Made by a program: the position numbers and the translations under genes
DNA from: Paramoeba atlantica
Lineage: Eukaryota; Protista; Discosea
Direction: 5' to 3'
Length of the DNA: 64,000 nucleotides
Assembly (NCBI GenBank): GCA_977017575.1
Contig: CDRNVI010000048.1
Coordinates: 1 to 64,000 of the forward strand
The notes under the pieces: model-generated
Told to the model about the DNA's origin: nothing
Databases searched by the model: none
Seen by the model: the letters and a program-made list of their open reading frames with translations, nothing else
Part shown: positions 1-13,817 of the stretch, piece after piece
Layout: each line of letters begins with the position of its first letter
Numbering within the stretch: position 1 is the first letter of the stretch

Positions 1-224
1 CGACAACGTCTTGTTCGCCTTGTCCGCGACCAATTGAATGTGCAACTTCTCATCCGCAGAAAGAACTTCAGGGTTCGTAAGGCTTTGATACCGAATCTTA
101 TCCAGGCGTCGGAAGAGTTGCTGATCAGCTCGCGTAAGAAAATCTCCTTATTGCTGTAAAAGGTGTTGATGATGAGAGACATCAGCTGATTGATCTCCGC
201 TTGGAACGCAAATGTTTCCGACAT
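1..224 (-). CDS. HSP83: HSP83/Hsp90, 5' part of a copy running off the window start
   Basis: ATG at 224-222 reads [48 protein letters not shown], matching the other copies. Confidence 0.95.
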   Translation of the reverse strand, partial: MSETFAFQAEINQLMSLIINTFYSNKEIFLRELISNSSDAWIRFGIKALRTLKFFLRMRSCTFNWSRTRRTRRC

Positions 225-693
225 TGTGGAATGTAGTGGAAAGAGAGGAAAATGAAAAAGAAGGCTAGTATTTCTGTGTGAAATCGGTGAATATGGCTGC
301 AAGAACAGTTCGAATAAGGTCTAGCAAAGTATACAAGCAAGGAAGAAGAGGTTCTAATATAAATCCCGAATATTGCCAACATTAACTTTAAAAAGGAGTA
401 CTTATCATATGAGTATATCATAGTTTATACCATCACCCAGTCGCCTAAAGTTGCGTGAATAACTTTACTGTTTGAAACTAGCATAAGGTGAACAATTGTC
501 ATGCGTAACGAACTGCTTTGATTCGCACAAAACAAAAGATATTGCAGGAGCAAAGTGTCATATCTTGCTCAACCTGGCGATTATCTTGCATTTCAGCGTT
601 CCTTGAACTTAATTCGTAAAAAGCAAAAAGATCAAATTTAGCAATTGATTTCCTTCCCCGAATGTGATCTCATAGGATCAACCGATAAGCGAC

Positions 694-2811
694 TTAATCG
701 ACCTCCTGCATACGTCCTTCGCCCTCCGCAAGATCGTCAGCATCCATTTCCGAGCTGGCCGCCACGGGGGCAGGGGGAAGCTCGTCGTCATCGATGGAGA
801 GGCCGAGTTTCACCATGCGGTGGATGCGTTCGCCGTAGGAGGAAGGATCTTCAAGGTTAAACCCTGAGGTCAACAACGCGGTATCGAAGAGGAGCATGAC
901 GAGATCCTTCACGGTCTTGTCGTTCTGATCAGTATCCGCTTTACGTCGGAGCTCCTTAATAATGCTGTGGTGCGGATTGATCTCCATTGTCTTCTTTGAC
1001 ACCATGTACGAGGACATGGAAGCGTCTCGCAGGGCTTGGTGCTTCATGATCTGTTCCATGTGTGCACTCCACCCGTGTTCAGAGGTAACCAGGATACAGG
1101 GGGAGGTCGCCAAGCGCTCGGTGAGCACAACCTTGTCCACCTTCTCACCAAGAATCTCTTTGATCGTCGTGCAAAGCTTCTCGAAGGATGCTTTGTTCTC
1201 CTCCCGTGCCTTCTTCTCCTCCTCCGTTTCTTCAAACTTGACGCCCTCCTTGGTGAGACACACGAATTTCTTATCCTCAAAGTCCTTGAGCTGCTGCATG
1301 ACGTATTCATCAATGGGATCCACCATGAACAGGACTTCCATATCACGCCGCTTGGCTTCTTCGAGGAAGGGGGATGTCTCAAGCTTCTTGCGACTGTCTC
1401 CCGTGATGTAGTAGATGCTCTTCTGGCCCTCCTTCATGCGGGTGACGTAGTCCTTCAAGCTCGTAGCATCTTCGCCGCTCTTCGTGCTGTTGTAGCGTAG
1501 CAGTTCGCAAAGTTTGGTTCGGTTCGTCGCATCCTCATGAATGCCAAGCTTGATGTTCTTCCCGAAGTGCTCATAGAACTTCTTGTAACTGTCCTTATCC
1601 GCAGCAAGCTCTTCGAACAACTCCACCGCCTTCTTCACGACGTTCTTCCGGATCACCTTCAGGATTTTGTTCTGCTGCAGGTTCTCACGGGAGATGTTCA
1701 ACGGAAGGTCTTCGCTGTCGACGACGCCTCGAATGAACGCCAGCCACTCCGGACAGATCTCCTCACAGTTGTCCATAATGAAGACACGACGCACGTACAG
1801 CTTAATGTTGTTTCGCTTGCGATTGGGCTCGAACATGTCGAATGGAGCACGCTTCGGGACGAACAGTACTGCGCGGAATTCCAGCTGCCCTTCCACGCTA
1901 AAGTGTTTGACGGAGAGATGCTCCTCCCAGTCGTTGCTGATGGTCTTGTAGAAGGCGGCGTATTCCTCCTGTGACACCTCCTTCGGATCCTTTGTCCACA
2001 GAGGCTTGTTCTTGTTCAGCACCTCATACTCCACGGAGACGTCCTTCACCTTCTTTGTCTTCTTCTTCACCTCCTGGGGTTCCTCCGCCTCCTCTACCTT
2101 GGGCTCGTCCTCCCCTCCCTCCGGTTTCACTTCCTCCGCCTTTTCCTCCTCCGCCTCGTCGTCCGTAACTTCCTTCTCCGTGGTGCGCTCCACTTGTAGC
2201 TCGATGTCGTAGCCGATGAACTCGGAGTGCTTCTTCACGAGGTCCTTCAGTCGTCGCTCTTCCAGGTACTCCTGTTGGTCCTCCTTCAGGTGCAGCGTGA
2301 TCATTGTCCCCCGCTTCACTGGGGCCGAGGGGCAGGGAGCCACAGTGAAGGTGCCACCCGCGGAGGATTCCCAAACGTGCGCCTCGTCGTCATTGTGCTT
2401 CGAGACGACAGTGACTTTGTCCGCGACCAGGTAGGCCGAGTAGAACCCGACACCGAATTGTCCGATCATACTGAGGTCCGCACCCGATTCCAGGGCCTCC
2501 ATGAACGCCTTGGTGCCGGATCGAGCAATCGTGCCGAGGTTATTCACCAAGTCCGCTTTCGTCATACCCACCCCGGAGTCAATAACCGACAACGTCTTGT
2601 TCGCCTTGTCCGCGACCAATTGAATGTGCAACTTCTCATCCGCAGAAAGAACTTCAGGGTTCGTAAGGCTTTGATACCGAATCTTATCCAGGGCGTCGGA
2701 AGAGTTGCTGATCAGCTCGCGTAAGAAAATCTCCTTATTGCTGTAAAAGGTGTTGATGATGAGAGACATCAGCTGATTGATCTCCGCTTGGAACGCAAAT
2801 GTTTCCGACAT
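694..2811 (-). CDS. HSP83: Cytosolic Hsp90 (HSP83), copy 1, 705 aa
   Basis: Hsp90 signatures [49 protein letters not shown] and [15 protein letters not shown]; ends MQEVD. Start set at MSETFAF because the 26 extra residues in the ORF track are a pyrimidine-rich 5' UTR. Confidence 0.98.
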   Translation of the reverse strand: MSETFAFQAEINQLMSLIINTFYSNKEIFLRELISNSSDALDKIRYQSLTNPEVLSADEKLHIQLVADKANKTLSVIDSGVGMTKADLVNNLGTIARSGTKAFMEALESGADLSMIGQFGVGFYSAYLVADKVTVVSKHNDDEAHVWESSAGGTFTVAPCPSAPVKRGTMITLHLKEDQQEYLEERRLKDLVKKHSEFIGYDIELQVERTTEKEVTDDEAEEEKAEEVKPEGGEDEPKVEEAEEPQEVKKKTKKVKDVSVEYEVLNKNKPLWTKDPKEVSQEEYAAFYKTISNDWEEHLSVKHFSVEGQLEFRAVLFVPKRAPFDMFEPNRKRNNIKLYVRRVFIMDNCEEICPEWLAFIRGVVDSEDLPLNISRENLQQNKILKVIRKNVVKKAVELFEELAADKDSYKKFYEHFGKNIKLGIHEDATNRTKLCELLRYNSTKSGEDATSLKDYVTRMKEGQKSIYYITGDSRKKLETSPFLEEAKRRDMEVLFMVDPIDEYVMQQLKDFEDKKFVCLTKEGVKFEETEEEKKAREENKASFEKLCTTIKEILGEKVDKVVLTERLATSPCILVTSEHGWSAHMEQIMKHQALRDASMSSYMVSKKTMEINPHHSIIKELRRKADTDQNDKTVKDLVMLLFDTALLTSGFNLEDPSSYGERIHRMVKLGLSIDDDELPPAPVAASSEMDADDLAEGEGRMQEVD

Positions 2812-3280
2812 TGTGGAATGCAATGGAAAGAGAGGAAAATGAAAAAGAAGGCTAGTATTTCTGTGTGAAATCGGTGAATATGGCTGCAAGAACAGTTCGA
2901 ATAAGGTCTAGCAAAGTATACAAGCAAGGAAGAAGAGGTTCCAATATAAATCCCGAATATTGCCAACATTAACTTTAAAAAGGAGTACTTATCATATGAG
3001 TATATCATAGTTTATACCATCACCCAGTCGCCTAAAGTTGCGTGAATAACTTTACTGTTTGAAACTAGCATAAGGTGAACAATTGTCATGCGTAACGAAC
3101 TGCTTTGATTCGCACAAAACAAAAGATATTGCAGGAGCAAAGTGTCATATCTTGCTCAACCTGGCGATTATCTTGCATTTCAGCGTTCCTTGAACTTAAT
3201 TCGTAAAAAGCAAAAAGATCAAATTTAGCAATTGATTTCCTTCCCCGAATGTGATCTCATAGGATCAACCGATAAGCGAC

Positions 3281-5398
3281 TTAATCGACCTCCTGCATAC
3301 GTCCTTCGCCCTCCGCAAGATCGTCAGCATCCATTTCCGAGCTGGCCGCCACGGGGGCAGGGGGAAGCTCGTCGTCATCGATGGAGAGGCCGAGTTTCAC
3401 CATGCGGTGGATGCGTTCGCCGTAGGAGGAAGGATCTTCAAGGTTAAACCCTGAGGTCAACAACGCGGTATCGAAGAGGAGCATGACGAGATCCTTCACG
3501 GTCTTGTCGTTCTGATCAGTATCCGCTTTACGTCGGAGCTCCTTAATAATGCTGTGGTGCGGATTGATCTCCATTGTCTTCTTTGACACCATGTACGAGG
3601 ACATGGAAGCGTCTCGCAGGGCTTGGTGCTTCATGATCTGTTCCATGTGTGCACTCCACCCGTGTTCAGAGGTAACCAGGATACAGGGGGAGGTCGCCAA
3701 GCGCTCGGTGAGCACAACCTTGTCCACCTTCTCACCAAGAATCTCTTTGATCGTCGTGCAAAGCTTCTCGAAGGATGCTTTGTTCTCCTCCCGTGCCTTC
3801 TTCTCCTCCTCCGTTTCTTCAAACTTGACGCCCTCCTTGGTGAGACACACGAATTTCTTATCCTCAAAGTCCTTGAGCTGCTGCATGACGTATTCATCAA
3901 TGGGATCCACCATGAACAGGACTTCCATATCACGCCGCTTGGCTTCTTCGAGGAAGGGGGATGTCTCAAGCTTCTTGCGACTGTCTCCCGTGATGTAGTA
4001 GATGCTCTTCTGGCCCTCCTTCATGCGGGTGACGTAGTCCTTCAAGCTCGTAGCATCTTCGCCGCTCTTCGTGCTGTTGTAGCGTAGCAGTTCGCAAAGT
4101 TTGGTTCGGTTCGTCGCATCCTCATGAATGCCAAGCTTGATGTTCTTCCCGAAGTGCTCATAGAACTTCTTGTAACTGTCCTTATCCGCAGCAAGCTCTT
4201 CGAACAACTCCACCGCCTTCTTCACGACGTTCTTCCGGATCACCTTCAGGATTTTGTTCTGCTGCAGGTTCTCACGGGAGATGTTCAACGGAAGGTCTTC
4301 GCTGTCGACGACGCCTCGAATGAACGCCAGCCACTCCGGACAGATCTCCTCACAGTTGTCCATAATGAAGACACGACGCACGTACAGCTTAATGTTGTTT
4401 CGCTTGCGATTGGGCTCGAACATGTCGAATGGAGCACGCTTCGGGACGAACAGTACTGCGCGGAATTCCAGCTGCCCTTCCACGCTAAAGTGTTTGACGG
4501 AGAGATGCTCCTCCCAGTCGTTGCTGATGGTCTTGTAGAAGGCGGCGTATTCCTCCTGTGACACCTCCTTCGGGTCCTTTGTCCACAGAGGCTTGTTCTT
4601 GTTCAGCACCTCATACTCCACGGAGACGTCCTTCACCTTCTTTGTCTTCTTCTTCACCTGCTGGGGTTCCTCCGCCTCCTCTACCTTGGGCTCGTCCTCC
4701 CCTCCCTCCGGTTTCACTTCCTCCGCCTTTTCCTCCTCCGCCTCGTCGTCCGTAACTTCCTTCTCCGTGGTGCGCTCCACTTGTAGCTCGATGTCGTAGC
4801 CGATGAACTCGGAGTGCTTCTTCACGAGGTCCTTCAGTCGTCGCTCTTCCAGGTACTCCTGTTGGTCCTCCTTCAGGTGCAGCGTGATCATTGTCCCCCG
4901 CTTCACTGGGGCCGAGGGGCAGGGAGCCACAGTGAAGGTGCCACCCGCGGAGGATTCCCAAACGTGCGCCTCGTCGTCATTGTGCTTCGAGACGACAGTG
5001 ACTTTGTCCGCGACCAGGTAGGCCGAGTAGAACCCGACACCGAATTGTCCGATCATACTGAGGTCCGCACCCGATTCCAGGGCCTCCATGAACGCCTTGG
5101 TGCCGGATCGAGCAATCGTGCCGAGGTTATTCACCAAGTCCGCTTTCGTCATACCCACCCCGGAGTCAATAACCGACAACGTCTTGTTCGCCTTGTCCGC
5201 GACCAATTGAATGTGCAACTTCTCATCCGCAGAAAGAACTTCAGGGTTCGTAAGGCTTTGATACCGAATCTTATCCAGGGCGTCGGAAGAGTTGCTGATC
5301 AGCTCGCGTAAGAAAATCTCCTTATTGCTGTAAAAGGTGTTGATGATGAGAGACATCAGCTGATTGATCTCCGCTTGGAACGCAAATGTTTCCGACAT
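3281..5398 (-). CDS. HSP83: Cytosolic Hsp90 (HSP83), copy 2
   Basis: As copy 1; private E>Q in the charged linker (EPQQV). Confidence 0.98.
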   Translation of the reverse strand: MSETFAFQAEINQLMSLIINTFYSNKEIFLRELISNSSDALDKIRYQSLTNPEVLSADEKLHIQLVADKANKTLSVIDSGVGMTKADLVNNLGTIARSGTKAFMEALESGADLSMIGQFGVGFYSAYLVADKVTVVSKHNDDEAHVWESSAGGTFTVAPCPSAPVKRGTMITLHLKEDQQEYLEERRLKDLVKKHSEFIGYDIELQVERTTEKEVTDDEAEEEKAEEVKPEGGEDEPKVEEAEEPQQVKKKTKKVKDVSVEYEVLNKNKPLWTKDPKEVSQEEYAAFYKTISNDWEEHLSVKHFSVEGQLEFRAVLFVPKRAPFDMFEPNRKRNNIKLYVRRVFIMDNCEEICPEWLAFIRGVVDSEDLPLNISRENLQQNKILKVIRKNVVKKAVELFEELAADKDSYKKFYEHFGKNIKLGIHEDATNRTKLCELLRYNSTKSGEDATSLKDYVTRMKEGQKSIYYITGDSRKKLETSPFLEEAKRRDMEVLFMVDPIDEYVMQQLKDFEDKKFVCLTKEGVKFEETEEEKKAREENKASFEKLCTTIKEILGEKVDKVVLTERLATSPCILVTSEHGWSAHMEQIMKHQALRDASMSSYMVSKKTMEINPHHSIIKELRRKADTDQNDKTVKDLVMLLFDTALLTSGFNLEDPSSYGERIHRMVKLGLSIDDDELPPAPVAASSEMDADDLAEGEGRMQEVD

Positions 5399-5867
5399 TG
5401 TGGAATGCAGTGGAAAGAGAGGAAAATGAAAAAGAAGGCTAGTATTTCTGTGTGAAATCGGTGAATATGGCTGCAAGAACAGTTCGAATAAGGTCTAGCA
5501 AAGTATACAAGCAAGGAAGAAGAGGTTCCAATATAAATCCCGAATATTGCCAACATTAACTTTAAAAAGGAGTACTTATCATATGAGTATATCATAGTTT
5601 ATACCATCACCCAGTCGCCTAAAGTTGCGTGAATAACTTTACTGTTTGAAACTAGCATAAGGTGAACAATTGTCATGCGTAACGAACTGCTTTGATTCGC
5701 ACAAAACAAAAGATATTGCAGGAGCAAAGTGTCATATCTTGCTCAACCTGGCGATTATCTTGCATTTCAGCGTTCCTTGAACTTAATTCGTAAAAAGCAA
5801 AAAGATCAAATTTAGCAATTGATTTCCTTCCCCGAATGTGATCTCATAGGATCAACCGATAAGCGAC

Positions 5868-7985
5868 TTAATCGACCTCCTGCATACGTCCTTCGCCCTC
5901 CGCAAGATCGTCAGCATCCATTTCCGAGCTGGCCGCCACGGGGGCAGGGGGAAGCTCGTCGTCATCGATGGAGAGGCCGAGTTTCACCATGCGGTGGATG
6001 CGTTCGCCGTAGGAGGAAGGATCTTCAAGGTTAAACCCTGAGGTCAACAACGCGGTATCGAAGAGGAGCATGACGAGATCCTTCACGGTCTTGTCGTTCT
6101 GATCAGTATCCGCTTTACGTCGGAGCTCCTTAATAATGCTGTGGTGCGGATTGATCTCCATTGTCTTCTTTGACACCATGTACGAGGACATGGAAGCGTC
6201 TCGCAGGGCTTGGTGCTTCATGATCTGTTCCATGTGTGCACTCCACCCGTGTTCAGAGGTAACCAGGATACAGGGGGAGGTCGCCAAGCGCTCGGTGAGC
6301 ACAACCTTGTCCACCTTCTCACCAAGAATCTCTTTGATCGTCGTGCAAAGCTTCTCGAAGGATGCTTTGTTCTCCTCCCGTGCCTTCTTCTCCTCCTCCG
6401 TTTCTTCAAACTTGACGCCCTCCTTGGTGAGACACACGAATTTCTTATCCTCAAAGTCCTTGAGCTGCTGCATGACGTATTCATCAATGGGATCCACCAT
6501 GAACAGGACTTCCATATCACGCCGCTTGGCTTCTTCGAGGAAGGGGGATGTCTCAAGCTTCTTGCGACTGTCTCCCGTGATGTAGTAGATGCTCTTCTGG
6601 CCCTCCTTCATGCGGGTGACGTAGTCCTTCAAGCTCGTAGCATCTTCGCCGCTCTTCGTGCTGTTGTAGCGTAGCAGTTCGCAAAGTTTGGTTCGGTTCG
6701 TCGCATCCTCATGAATGCCAAGCTTGATGTTCTTCCCGAAGTGCTCATAGAACTTCTTGTAACTGTCCTTATCCGCAGCAAGCTCTTCGAACAACTCCAC
6801 CGCCTTCTTCACGACGTTCTTCCGGATCACCTTCAGGATTTTGTTCTGCTGCAGGTTCTCACGGGAGATGTTCAACGGAAGGTCTTCGCTGTCGACGACG
6901 CCTCGAATGAACGCCAGCCACTCCGGACAGATCTCCTCACAGTTGTCCATAATGAAGACACGACGCACGTACAGCTTAATGTTGTTTCGCTTGCGATTGG
7001 GCTCGAACATGTCGAATGGAGCACGCTTCGGGACGAACAGTACTGCGCGGAATTCCAGCTGCCCTTCCACGCTAAAGTGTTTGACGGAGAGATGCTCCTC
7101 CCAGTCGTTGCTGATGGTCTTGTAGAAGGCGGCGTATTCCTCCTGTGACACCTCCTTCGGGTCCTTTGTCCACAGAGGCTTGTTCTTGTTCAGCACCTCA
7201 TACTCCACGGAGACGTCCTTCACCTTCTTTGTCTTCTTCTTCACCTCCTGGGGTTCCTCCGCCTCCTCTACCTTGGGCTCGTCCTCCCCTCCCTCCGGTT
7301 TCACTTCCTCCGCCTTTTCCTCCTCCGCCTCGTCGTCCGTAACTTCCTTCTCCGTGGTGCGCTCCACTTGTAGCTTGATGTCGTAGCCGATGAACTCGGA
7401 GTGCTTCTTCACGAGGTCCTTCAGTCGTCGCTCTTCCAGGTACTCCTGTTGGTCCTCCTTCAGGTGCAGCGTGATCATTGTCCCCCGCTTCACTGGGGCC
7501 GAGGGGCAGGGAGCCACAGTGAAGGTGCCACCCGCGGAGGATTCCCAAACGTGCGCCTCGTCGTCATTGTGCTTCGAGACGACAGTGACTTTGTCCGCGA
7601 CCAGGTAGGCCGAGTAGAACCCGACACCGAATTGTCCGATCATACTGAGGTCCGCACCCGATTCCAGGGCCTCCATGAACGCCTTGGTGCCGGATCGAGC
7701 AATCGTGCCGAGGTTATTCACCAAGTCCGCTTTCGTCATACCCACCCCGGAGTCAATAACCGACAACGTCTTGTTCGCCTTGTCCGCGACCAATTGAATG
7801 TGCAACTTCTCATCCGCAGAAAGAACTTCAGGGTTCGTAAGGCTTTGATACCGAATCTTATCCAGGGCGTCGGAAGAGTTGCTGATCAGCTCGCGTAAGA
7901 AAATCTCCTTATTGCTGTAAAAGGTGTTGATGATGAGAGACATCAGCTGATTGATCTCCGCTTGGAACGCAAATGTTTCCGACAT
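5868..7985 (-). CDS. HSP83: Cytosolic Hsp90 (HSP83), copy 3
   Basis: As copy 1; DIKLQ variant. Confidence 0.98.
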   Translation of the reverse strand: MSETFAFQAEINQLMSLIINTFYSNKEIFLRELISNSSDALDKIRYQSLTNPEVLSADEKLHIQLVADKANKTLSVIDSGVGMTKADLVNNLGTIARSGTKAFMEALESGADLSMIGQFGVGFYSAYLVADKVTVVSKHNDDEAHVWESSAGGTFTVAPCPSAPVKRGTMITLHLKEDQQEYLEERRLKDLVKKHSEFIGYDIKLQVERTTEKEVTDDEAEEEKAEEVKPEGGEDEPKVEEAEEPQEVKKKTKKVKDVSVEYEVLNKNKPLWTKDPKEVSQEEYAAFYKTISNDWEEHLSVKHFSVEGQLEFRAVLFVPKRAPFDMFEPNRKRNNIKLYVRRVFIMDNCEEICPEWLAFIRGVVDSEDLPLNISRENLQQNKILKVIRKNVVKKAVELFEELAADKDSYKKFYEHFGKNIKLGIHEDATNRTKLCELLRYNSTKSGEDATSLKDYVTRMKEGQKSIYYITGDSRKKLETSPFLEEAKRRDMEVLFMVDPIDEYVMQQLKDFEDKKFVCLTKEGVKFEETEEEKKAREENKASFEKLCTTIKEILGEKVDKVVLTERLATSPCILVTSEHGWSAHMEQIMKHQALRDASMSSYMVSKKTMEINPHHSIIKELRRKADTDQNDKTVKDLVMLLFDTALLTSGFNLEDPSSYGERIHRMVKLGLSIDDDELPPAPVAASSEMDADDLAEGEGRMQEVD

Positions 7986-8454
7986 TGTGGAATGCAGTGG
8001 AAAGAGAGGAAAATGAAAAAGAAGGCTAGTATTTCTGTGTGAAATCGGTGAATATGGCTGCAAGAACAGTTCGAATAAGGTCTAGCAAAGTATACAAGCA
8101 AGGAAGAAGAGGTTCCAATATAAATCCCGAATATTGCCAACATTAACTTTAAAAAGGAGTACTTATCATATGAGTATATCATAGTTTATACCATCACCCA
8201 GTCGCCTAAAGTTGCGTGAATAACTTTACTGTTTGAAACTAGCATAAGGTGAACAATTGTCATGCGTAACGAACTGCTTTGATTCGCACAAAACAAAAGA
8301 TATTGCAGGAGCAAAGTGTCATATCTTGCTCAACCTGGCGATTATCTTGCATTTCAGCGTTCCTTGAACTTAATTCGTAAAAAGCAAAAAGATCAAATTT
8401 AGCAATTGATTTCCTTCCCCGAATGTGATCTCATAGGATCAACCGATAAGCGAC

Positions 8455-10572
8455 TTAATCGACCTCCTGCATACGTCCTTCGCCCTCCGCAAGATCGTCA
8501 GCATCCATTTCCGAGCTGGCCGCCACGGGGGCAGGGGGAAGCTCGTCGTCATCGATGGAGAGGCCGAGTTTCACCATGCGGTGGATGCGTTCGCCGTAGG
8601 AGGAAGGATCTTCAAGGTTAAACCCTGAGGTCAACAACGCGGTATCGAAGAGGAGCATGACGAGATCCTTCACGGTCTTGTCGTTCTGATCAGTATCCGC
8701 TTTACGTCGGAGCTCCTTAATAATGCTGTGGTGCGGATTGATCTCCATTGTCTTCTTTGACACCATGTACGAGGACATGGAAGCGTCTCGCAGGGCTTGG
8801 TGCTTCATGATCTGTTCCATGTGTGCACTCCACCCGTGTTCAGAGGTAACCAGGATACAGGGGGAGGTCGCCAAGCGCTCGGTGAGCACAACCTTGTCCA
8901 CCTTCTCACCAAGAATCTCTTTGATCGTCGTGCAAAGCTTCTCGAAGGATGCTTTGTTCTCCTCCCGTGCCTTCTTCTCCTCCTCCGTTTCTTCAAACTT
9001 GACGCCCTCCTTGGTGAGACACACGAATTTCTTATCCTCAAAGTCCTTGAGCTGCTGCATGACGTATTCATCAATGGGATCCACCATGAACAGGACTTCC
9101 ATATCACGCCGCTTGGCTTCTTCGAGGAAGGGGGATGTCTCAAGCTTCTTGCGACTGTCTCCCGTGATGTAGTAGATGCTCTTCTGGCCCTCCTTCATGC
9201 GGGTGACGTAGTCCTTCAAGCTCGTAGCATCTTCGCCGCTCTTCGTGCTGTTGTAGCGTAGCAGTTCGCAAAGTTTGGTTCGGTTCGTCGCATCCTCATG
9301 AATGCCAAGCTTGATGTTCTTCCCGAAGTGCTCATAGAACTTCTTGTAACTGTCCTTATCCGCAGCAAGCTCTTCGAACAACTCCACCGCCTTCTTCACG
9401 ACGTTCTTCCGGATCACCTTCAGGATTTTGTTCTGCTGCAGGTTCTCACGGGAGATGTTCAACGGAAGGTCTTCGCTGTCGACGACGCCTCGAATGAACG
9501 CCAGCCACTCCGGACAGATCTCCTCACAGTTGTCCATAATGAAGACACGACGCACGTACAGCTTAATGTTGTTTCGCTTGCGATTGGGCTCGAACATGTC
9601 GAATGGAGCACGCTTCGGGACGAACAGTACTGCGCGGAATTCCAGCTGCCCTTCCACGCTAAAGTGTTTGACGGAGAGATGCTCCTCCCAGTCGTTGCTG
9701 ATGGTCTTGTAGAAGGCGGCGTATTCCTCCTGTGACACCTCCTTCGGGTCCTTTGTCCACAGAGGCTTGTTCTTGTTCAGCACCTCATACTCCACGGAGA
9801 CGTCCTTCACCTTCTTTGTCTTCTTCTTCACCTCCTGGGGTTCCTCCGCCTCCTCTACCTTGGGCTCGTCCTCCCCTCCCTCCGGTTTCACTTCCTCCGC
9901 CTTTTCCTCCTCCGCCTCGTCGTCCGTAACTTCCTTCTCCGTGGTGCGCTCCACTTGTAGCTTGATGTCGTAGCCGATGAACTCGGAGTGCTTCTTCACG
10001 AGGTCCTTCAGTCGTCGCTCTTCCAGGTACTCCTGTTGGTCCTCCTTCAGGTGCAGCGTGATCATTGTCCCCCGCTTCACTGGGGCCGAGGGGCAGGGAG
10101 CCACAGTGAAGGTGCCACCCGCGGAGGATTCCCAAACGTGCGCCTCGTCGTCATTGTGCTTCGAGACGACAGTGACTTTGTCCGCGACCAGGTAGGCCGA
10201 GTAGAACCCGACACCGAATTGTCCGATCATACTGAGGTCCGCACCCGATTCCAGGGCCTCCATGAACGCCTTGGTGCCGGATCGAGCAATCGTGCCGAGG
10301 TTATTCACCAAGTCCGCTTTCGTCATACCCACCCCGGAGTCAATAACCGACAACGTCTTGTTCGCCTTGTCCGCGACCAATTGAATGTGCAACTTCTCAT
10401 CCGCAGAAAGAACTTCAGGGTTCGTAAGGCTTTGATACCGAATCTTATCCAGGGCGTCGGAAGAGTTGCTGATCAGCTCGCGTAAGAAAATCTCCTTATT
10501 GCTGTAAAAGGTGTTGATGATGAGAGACATCAGCTGATTGATCTCCGCTTGGAACGCAAATGTTTCCGACAT
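8455..10572 (-). CDS. HSP83: Cytosolic Hsp90 (HSP83), copy 4
   Basis: As copy 1; DIKLQ variant. Confidence 0.98.
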   Translation of the reverse strand: MSETFAFQAEINQLMSLIINTFYSNKEIFLRELISNSSDALDKIRYQSLTNPEVLSADEKLHIQLVADKANKTLSVIDSGVGMTKADLVNNLGTIARSGTKAFMEALESGADLSMIGQFGVGFYSAYLVADKVTVVSKHNDDEAHVWESSAGGTFTVAPCPSAPVKRGTMITLHLKEDQQEYLEERRLKDLVKKHSEFIGYDIKLQVERTTEKEVTDDEAEEEKAEEVKPEGGEDEPKVEEAEEPQEVKKKTKKVKDVSVEYEVLNKNKPLWTKDPKEVSQEEYAAFYKTISNDWEEHLSVKHFSVEGQLEFRAVLFVPKRAPFDMFEPNRKRNNIKLYVRRVFIMDNCEEICPEWLAFIRGVVDSEDLPLNISRENLQQNKILKVIRKNVVKKAVELFEELAADKDSYKKFYEHFGKNIKLGIHEDATNRTKLCELLRYNSTKSGEDATSLKDYVTRMKEGQKSIYYITGDSRKKLETSPFLEEAKRRDMEVLFMVDPIDEYVMQQLKDFEDKKFVCLTKEGVKFEETEEEKKAREENKASFEKLCTTIKEILGEKVDKVVLTERLATSPCILVTSEHGWSAHMEQIMKHQALRDASMSSYMVSKKTMEINPHHSIIKELRRKADTDQNDKTVKDLVMLLFDTALLTSGFNLEDPSSYGERIHRMVKLGLSIDDDELPPAPVAASSEMDADDLAEGEGRMQEVD

Positions 10573-11041
10573 TGTGGAATGCAGTGGAAAGAGAGGAAAA
10601 TGAAAAAGAAGGCTAGTATTTCTGTGTGAAATCGTTGAATATGGCTGCAAGAACAGTTCGAATAAGGTCTAGCAAAGTATACAAGCAAGGAAGAAGAGGT
10701 TCCAATATAAATCCCGAATATTGCCAACATTAACTTTAAAAAGGAGTACTTATCATATGAGTATATCATAGTTTATACCATCACCCAGTCGCCTAAAGTT
10801 GCGTGAATAACTTTACTGTTTGAAACTAGCATAAGATGAACAATTGTCATGCGTAACGAACTGCTTTGATTCGCACAAAACAAAAGATATTGCAGGAGCA
10901 AAGTGTCATATCTTGCTCAACCTGGCGATTATCTTGCATTTCAGCGTTCCTTGAACTTAATTCGTAAAAAGCAAAAAGATCAAATTTAGCAATTGATTTC
11001 CTTCCCCGAATGTGATCTCATAGGATCAACCGATAAGCGAC

Positions 11042-13159
11042 TTAATCGACCTCCTGCATACGTCCTTCGCCCTCCGCAAGATCGTCAGCATCCATTTCCG
11101 AGCTGGCCGCCACGGGGGCAGAGGGAAGCTCGTCGTCATCGATGGAGAGGCCGAGTTTCACCATGCGGTGGATGCGTTCGCCGTAGGAGGAAGGATCTTC
11201 AAGGTTAAACCCTGAGGTCAACAACGCGGTATCGAAGAGGAGCATGACGAGATCCTTCACGGTCTTGTCGTTCTGATCAGTATCCTCTTTACGTCGGAGC
11301 TCCTTAATAATGCTGTGGTGCGGATTGATCTCCATTGTCTTCTTTGACACCATGTACGAGGACATGGAAGCGTCTCGCAGGGCTTGGTGCTTCATGATCT
11401 GTTCCATGTGTGCACTCCACCCGTGTTCAGAGGTAACCAGGATACAGGGGGAGGTCGCCAAGCGCTCGGTGAGCACAACCTTGTCCACCTTCTCACCAAG
11501 AATCTCTTTGATCGTCGTGCAAAGCTTCTCGAAGGATGCTTTGTTCTCCTCCCGTGCCTTCTTCTCCTCCTCCGTTTCTTCAAACTTGACGCCCTCCTTG
11601 GTGAGACACACGAATTTCTTATCCTCAAAGTCCTTGAGCTGCTGCATGACGTATTCATCAATGGGATCCACCATGAACAGGACTTCCATATCACGCCGCT
11701 TGGCTTCTTCGAGGAAGGGGGATGTCTCAAGCTTCTTGCGACTGTCTCCCGTGATGTAGTAGATGCTCTTCTGGCCCTCCTTCATGCGGGTGACGTAGTC
11801 CTTCAAGCTCGTAGCATCTTCGCCGCTCTTCGTGCTGTTGTAGCGTAGCAGTTCGCAAAGTTTGGTTCGGTTCGTCGCATCCTCATGAATGCCAAGCTTG
11901 ATGTTCTTCCCGAAGTGCTCATAGAACTTCTTGTAACTGTCCTTATCCGCAGCAAGCTCTTCGAACAACTCCACCGCCTTCTTCACGACGTTCTTCCGGA
12001 TCACCTTCAGGATTTTGTTCTGCTGCAGGTTCTCACGGGAGATGTTCAACGGAAGGTCTTCGCTGTCGACGACGCCTCGAATGAACGCCAGCCACTCCGG
12101 ACAGATCTCCTCACAGTTGTCCATAATGAAGACACGACGCACGTACAGCTTAATGTTGTTTCGCTTGCGATTGGGCTCGAACATGTCGAATGGAGCACGC
12201 TTCGGGACGAACAGTACTGCGCGGAATTCCAGCTGCCCTTCCACGCTAAAGTGTTTGACGGAGAGATGCTCCTCCCAGTCGTTGCTGATGGTCTTGTAGA
12301 AGGCGGCGTATTCCTCCTGTGACACCTCCTTCGGGTCCTTTGTCCACAGAGGCTTGTTCTTGTTCAGCACCTCATACTCCACGGAGACGTCCTTCACCTT
12401 CTTTGTCTTCTTCTTCACCTCCTGGGGTTCCTCCGCCTCCTCTACCTTGGGCTCGTCCTCCCCTCCCTCCGGTTTCACTTCCTCCGCCTTTTCCTCCTCC
12501 GCCTCGTCGTCCGTAACTTCCTTCTCCGTGGTGCGCTCCACTTGTAGCTTGATGTCGTAGCCGATGAACTCGGAGTGCTTCTTCACGAGGTCCTTCAGTC
12601 GTCGCTCTTCCAGGTACTCCTGTTGGTCCTCCTTCAGGTGCAGCGTGATCATTGTCCCCCGCTTCACTGGGGCCGAGGGGCAGGGAGCCACAGTGAAGGT
12701 GCCACCCGCGGAGGATTCCCAAACGTGCGCCTCGTCGTCATTGTGCTTCGAGACGACAGTGACTTTGTCCGCGACCAGGTAGGCCGAGTAGAACCCGACA
12801 CCGAATTGTCCGATCATACTGAGGTCCGCACCCGATTCCAGGGCCTCCATGAACGCCTTGGTGCCGGATCGAGCAATCGTGCCGAGGTTATTCACCAAGT
12901 CCGCTTTCGTCATACCCACCCCGGAGTCAATAACCGACAACGTCTTGTTCGCCTTGTCCGCGACCAATTGAATGTGCAACTTCTCATCCGCAGAAAGAAC
13001 TTCAGGGTTCGTAAGGCTTTGATACCGAATCTTATCCAGGGCGTCGGAAGAGTTGCTGATCAGCTCGCGTAAGAAAATCTCCTTATTGCTGTAAAAGGTG
13101 TTGATGATGAGAGACATCAGCTGATTGATCTCCGCTTGGAACGCAAATGTTTCCGACAT
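11042..13159 (-). CDS. HSP83: Cytosolic Hsp90 (HSP83), copy 5
   Basis: As copy 1; DIKLQ plus private A>E (KEDTDQ) and P>S (ELPSAP). Confidence 0.98.
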   Translation of the reverse strand: MSETFAFQAEINQLMSLIINTFYSNKEIFLRELISNSSDALDKIRYQSLTNPEVLSADEKLHIQLVADKANKTLSVIDSGVGMTKADLVNNLGTIARSGTKAFMEALESGADLSMIGQFGVGFYSAYLVADKVTVVSKHNDDEAHVWESSAGGTFTVAPCPSAPVKRGTMITLHLKEDQQEYLEERRLKDLVKKHSEFIGYDIKLQVERTTEKEVTDDEAEEEKAEEVKPEGGEDEPKVEEAEEPQEVKKKTKKVKDVSVEYEVLNKNKPLWTKDPKEVSQEEYAAFYKTISNDWEEHLSVKHFSVEGQLEFRAVLFVPKRAPFDMFEPNRKRNNIKLYVRRVFIMDNCEEICPEWLAFIRGVVDSEDLPLNISRENLQQNKILKVIRKNVVKKAVELFEELAADKDSYKKFYEHFGKNIKLGIHEDATNRTKLCELLRYNSTKSGEDATSLKDYVTRMKEGQKSIYYITGDSRKKLETSPFLEEAKRRDMEVLFMVDPIDEYVMQQLKDFEDKKFVCLTKEGVKFEETEEEKKAREENKASFEKLCTTIKEILGEKVDKVVLTERLATSPCILVTSEHGWSAHMEQIMKHQALRDASMSSYMVSKKTMEINPHHSIIKELRRKEDTDQNDKTVKDLVMLLFDTALLTSGFNLEDPSSYGERIHRMVKLGLSIDDDELPSAPVAASSEMDADDLAEGEGRMQEVD

Positions 13160-13626
13160 TGTGGAATGCAGTGGAAAGAGAGGAAAATGAAAAAGAAGGC
13201 TAGTATTTCTGTGTGAAATCGGTGAATATGGCTGCAAGAACAGTTCGAATAAGGTCTAGCAAAGTATACAAGCAAGGAAGAAGAGATTCCAATATAAATC
13301 CCGAATATTGCCAACATTAACTTTAAAAAGGAGTACTTATCATATGAGTATATCATAGTTTATACCATCACCCAGTCTCCTAAAGTTGCGTGAATAACTT
13401 TACTGTTTGAAACTAGCATAAGATGAACAATTGTCATGCGTAACGAGCTGCTTTGATTCGCACAAAACAAAAGATATTGCAGGAGCAAAGTGTCATATCT
13501 TGCTCAACCTGGCGATTCTTGCATTTCAGCGTTCCTTGAACTTAATTCGTAAAAAGCAAAAAGATCAAATTTAGCAATTGATTTCCTTCCCCGAATGTGA
13601 TCTCATAGGATCAACCGATAAGCGAC

Positions 13627-13800
13627 TTAATCGACCTCCTGCATACGTCCTTCGCCCTCCGCAAGATCGTCAGCATCCATTTCCGAGCTGGCCGCCACGG
13701 GGGCAGGGGGAAGCCCGTCGTCATCGATGGAGAGGCCGAGTTTCACCATGCGGTGGATGCGTTCGCCGTAGGAGGAAGGATCTTCAAGGTTAAACCCTGA
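13627..13800 (-). pseudogene. HSP83: 5'-truncated HSP83 stub (last 57 codons)
   Basis: Identity to HSP83 stops abruptly after ...gttaaaccctga at 13800 (intact copies continue ggtcaacaac), and unrelated transposase DNA follows. Confidence 0.95.
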
Positions 13801-13817
13801 TGTGAAAATTGGAGTAG

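Larger units (their letters stand above)
1..13800 (-). repeat. Tandem HSP83 gene array, 2587-bp unit (2118-bp CDS + 469-bp spacer), about 5.3 units visible, continues past the window start
   Basis: CDS ends recur at 694, 3281, 5868, 8455 and 11042 (period 2587), then 13627 (2585, a 2-bp deletion in the last spacer). Units are near-identical. Confidence 0.98.

Noticed and set aside
2812-2889. 26-aa N-terminal extension of HSP83 in the ORF track (and equivalents in other copies)
   Set aside because: It translates a pyrimidine-rich 5' UTR; family homology starts at MSETFAF.
645-13793. Many plus-strand and off-frame ORFs (65-165 aa) repeated in every HSP83 unit
   Set aside because: Shadow ORFs caused by GC-rich, biased Hsp90 codons; they recur only because the unit is repeated.
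1-13800. Regular long-period repeat considered as CRISPR-like or satellite
   Set aside because: The units are whole genes with near-identical spacers, not repeat-spacer arrays.
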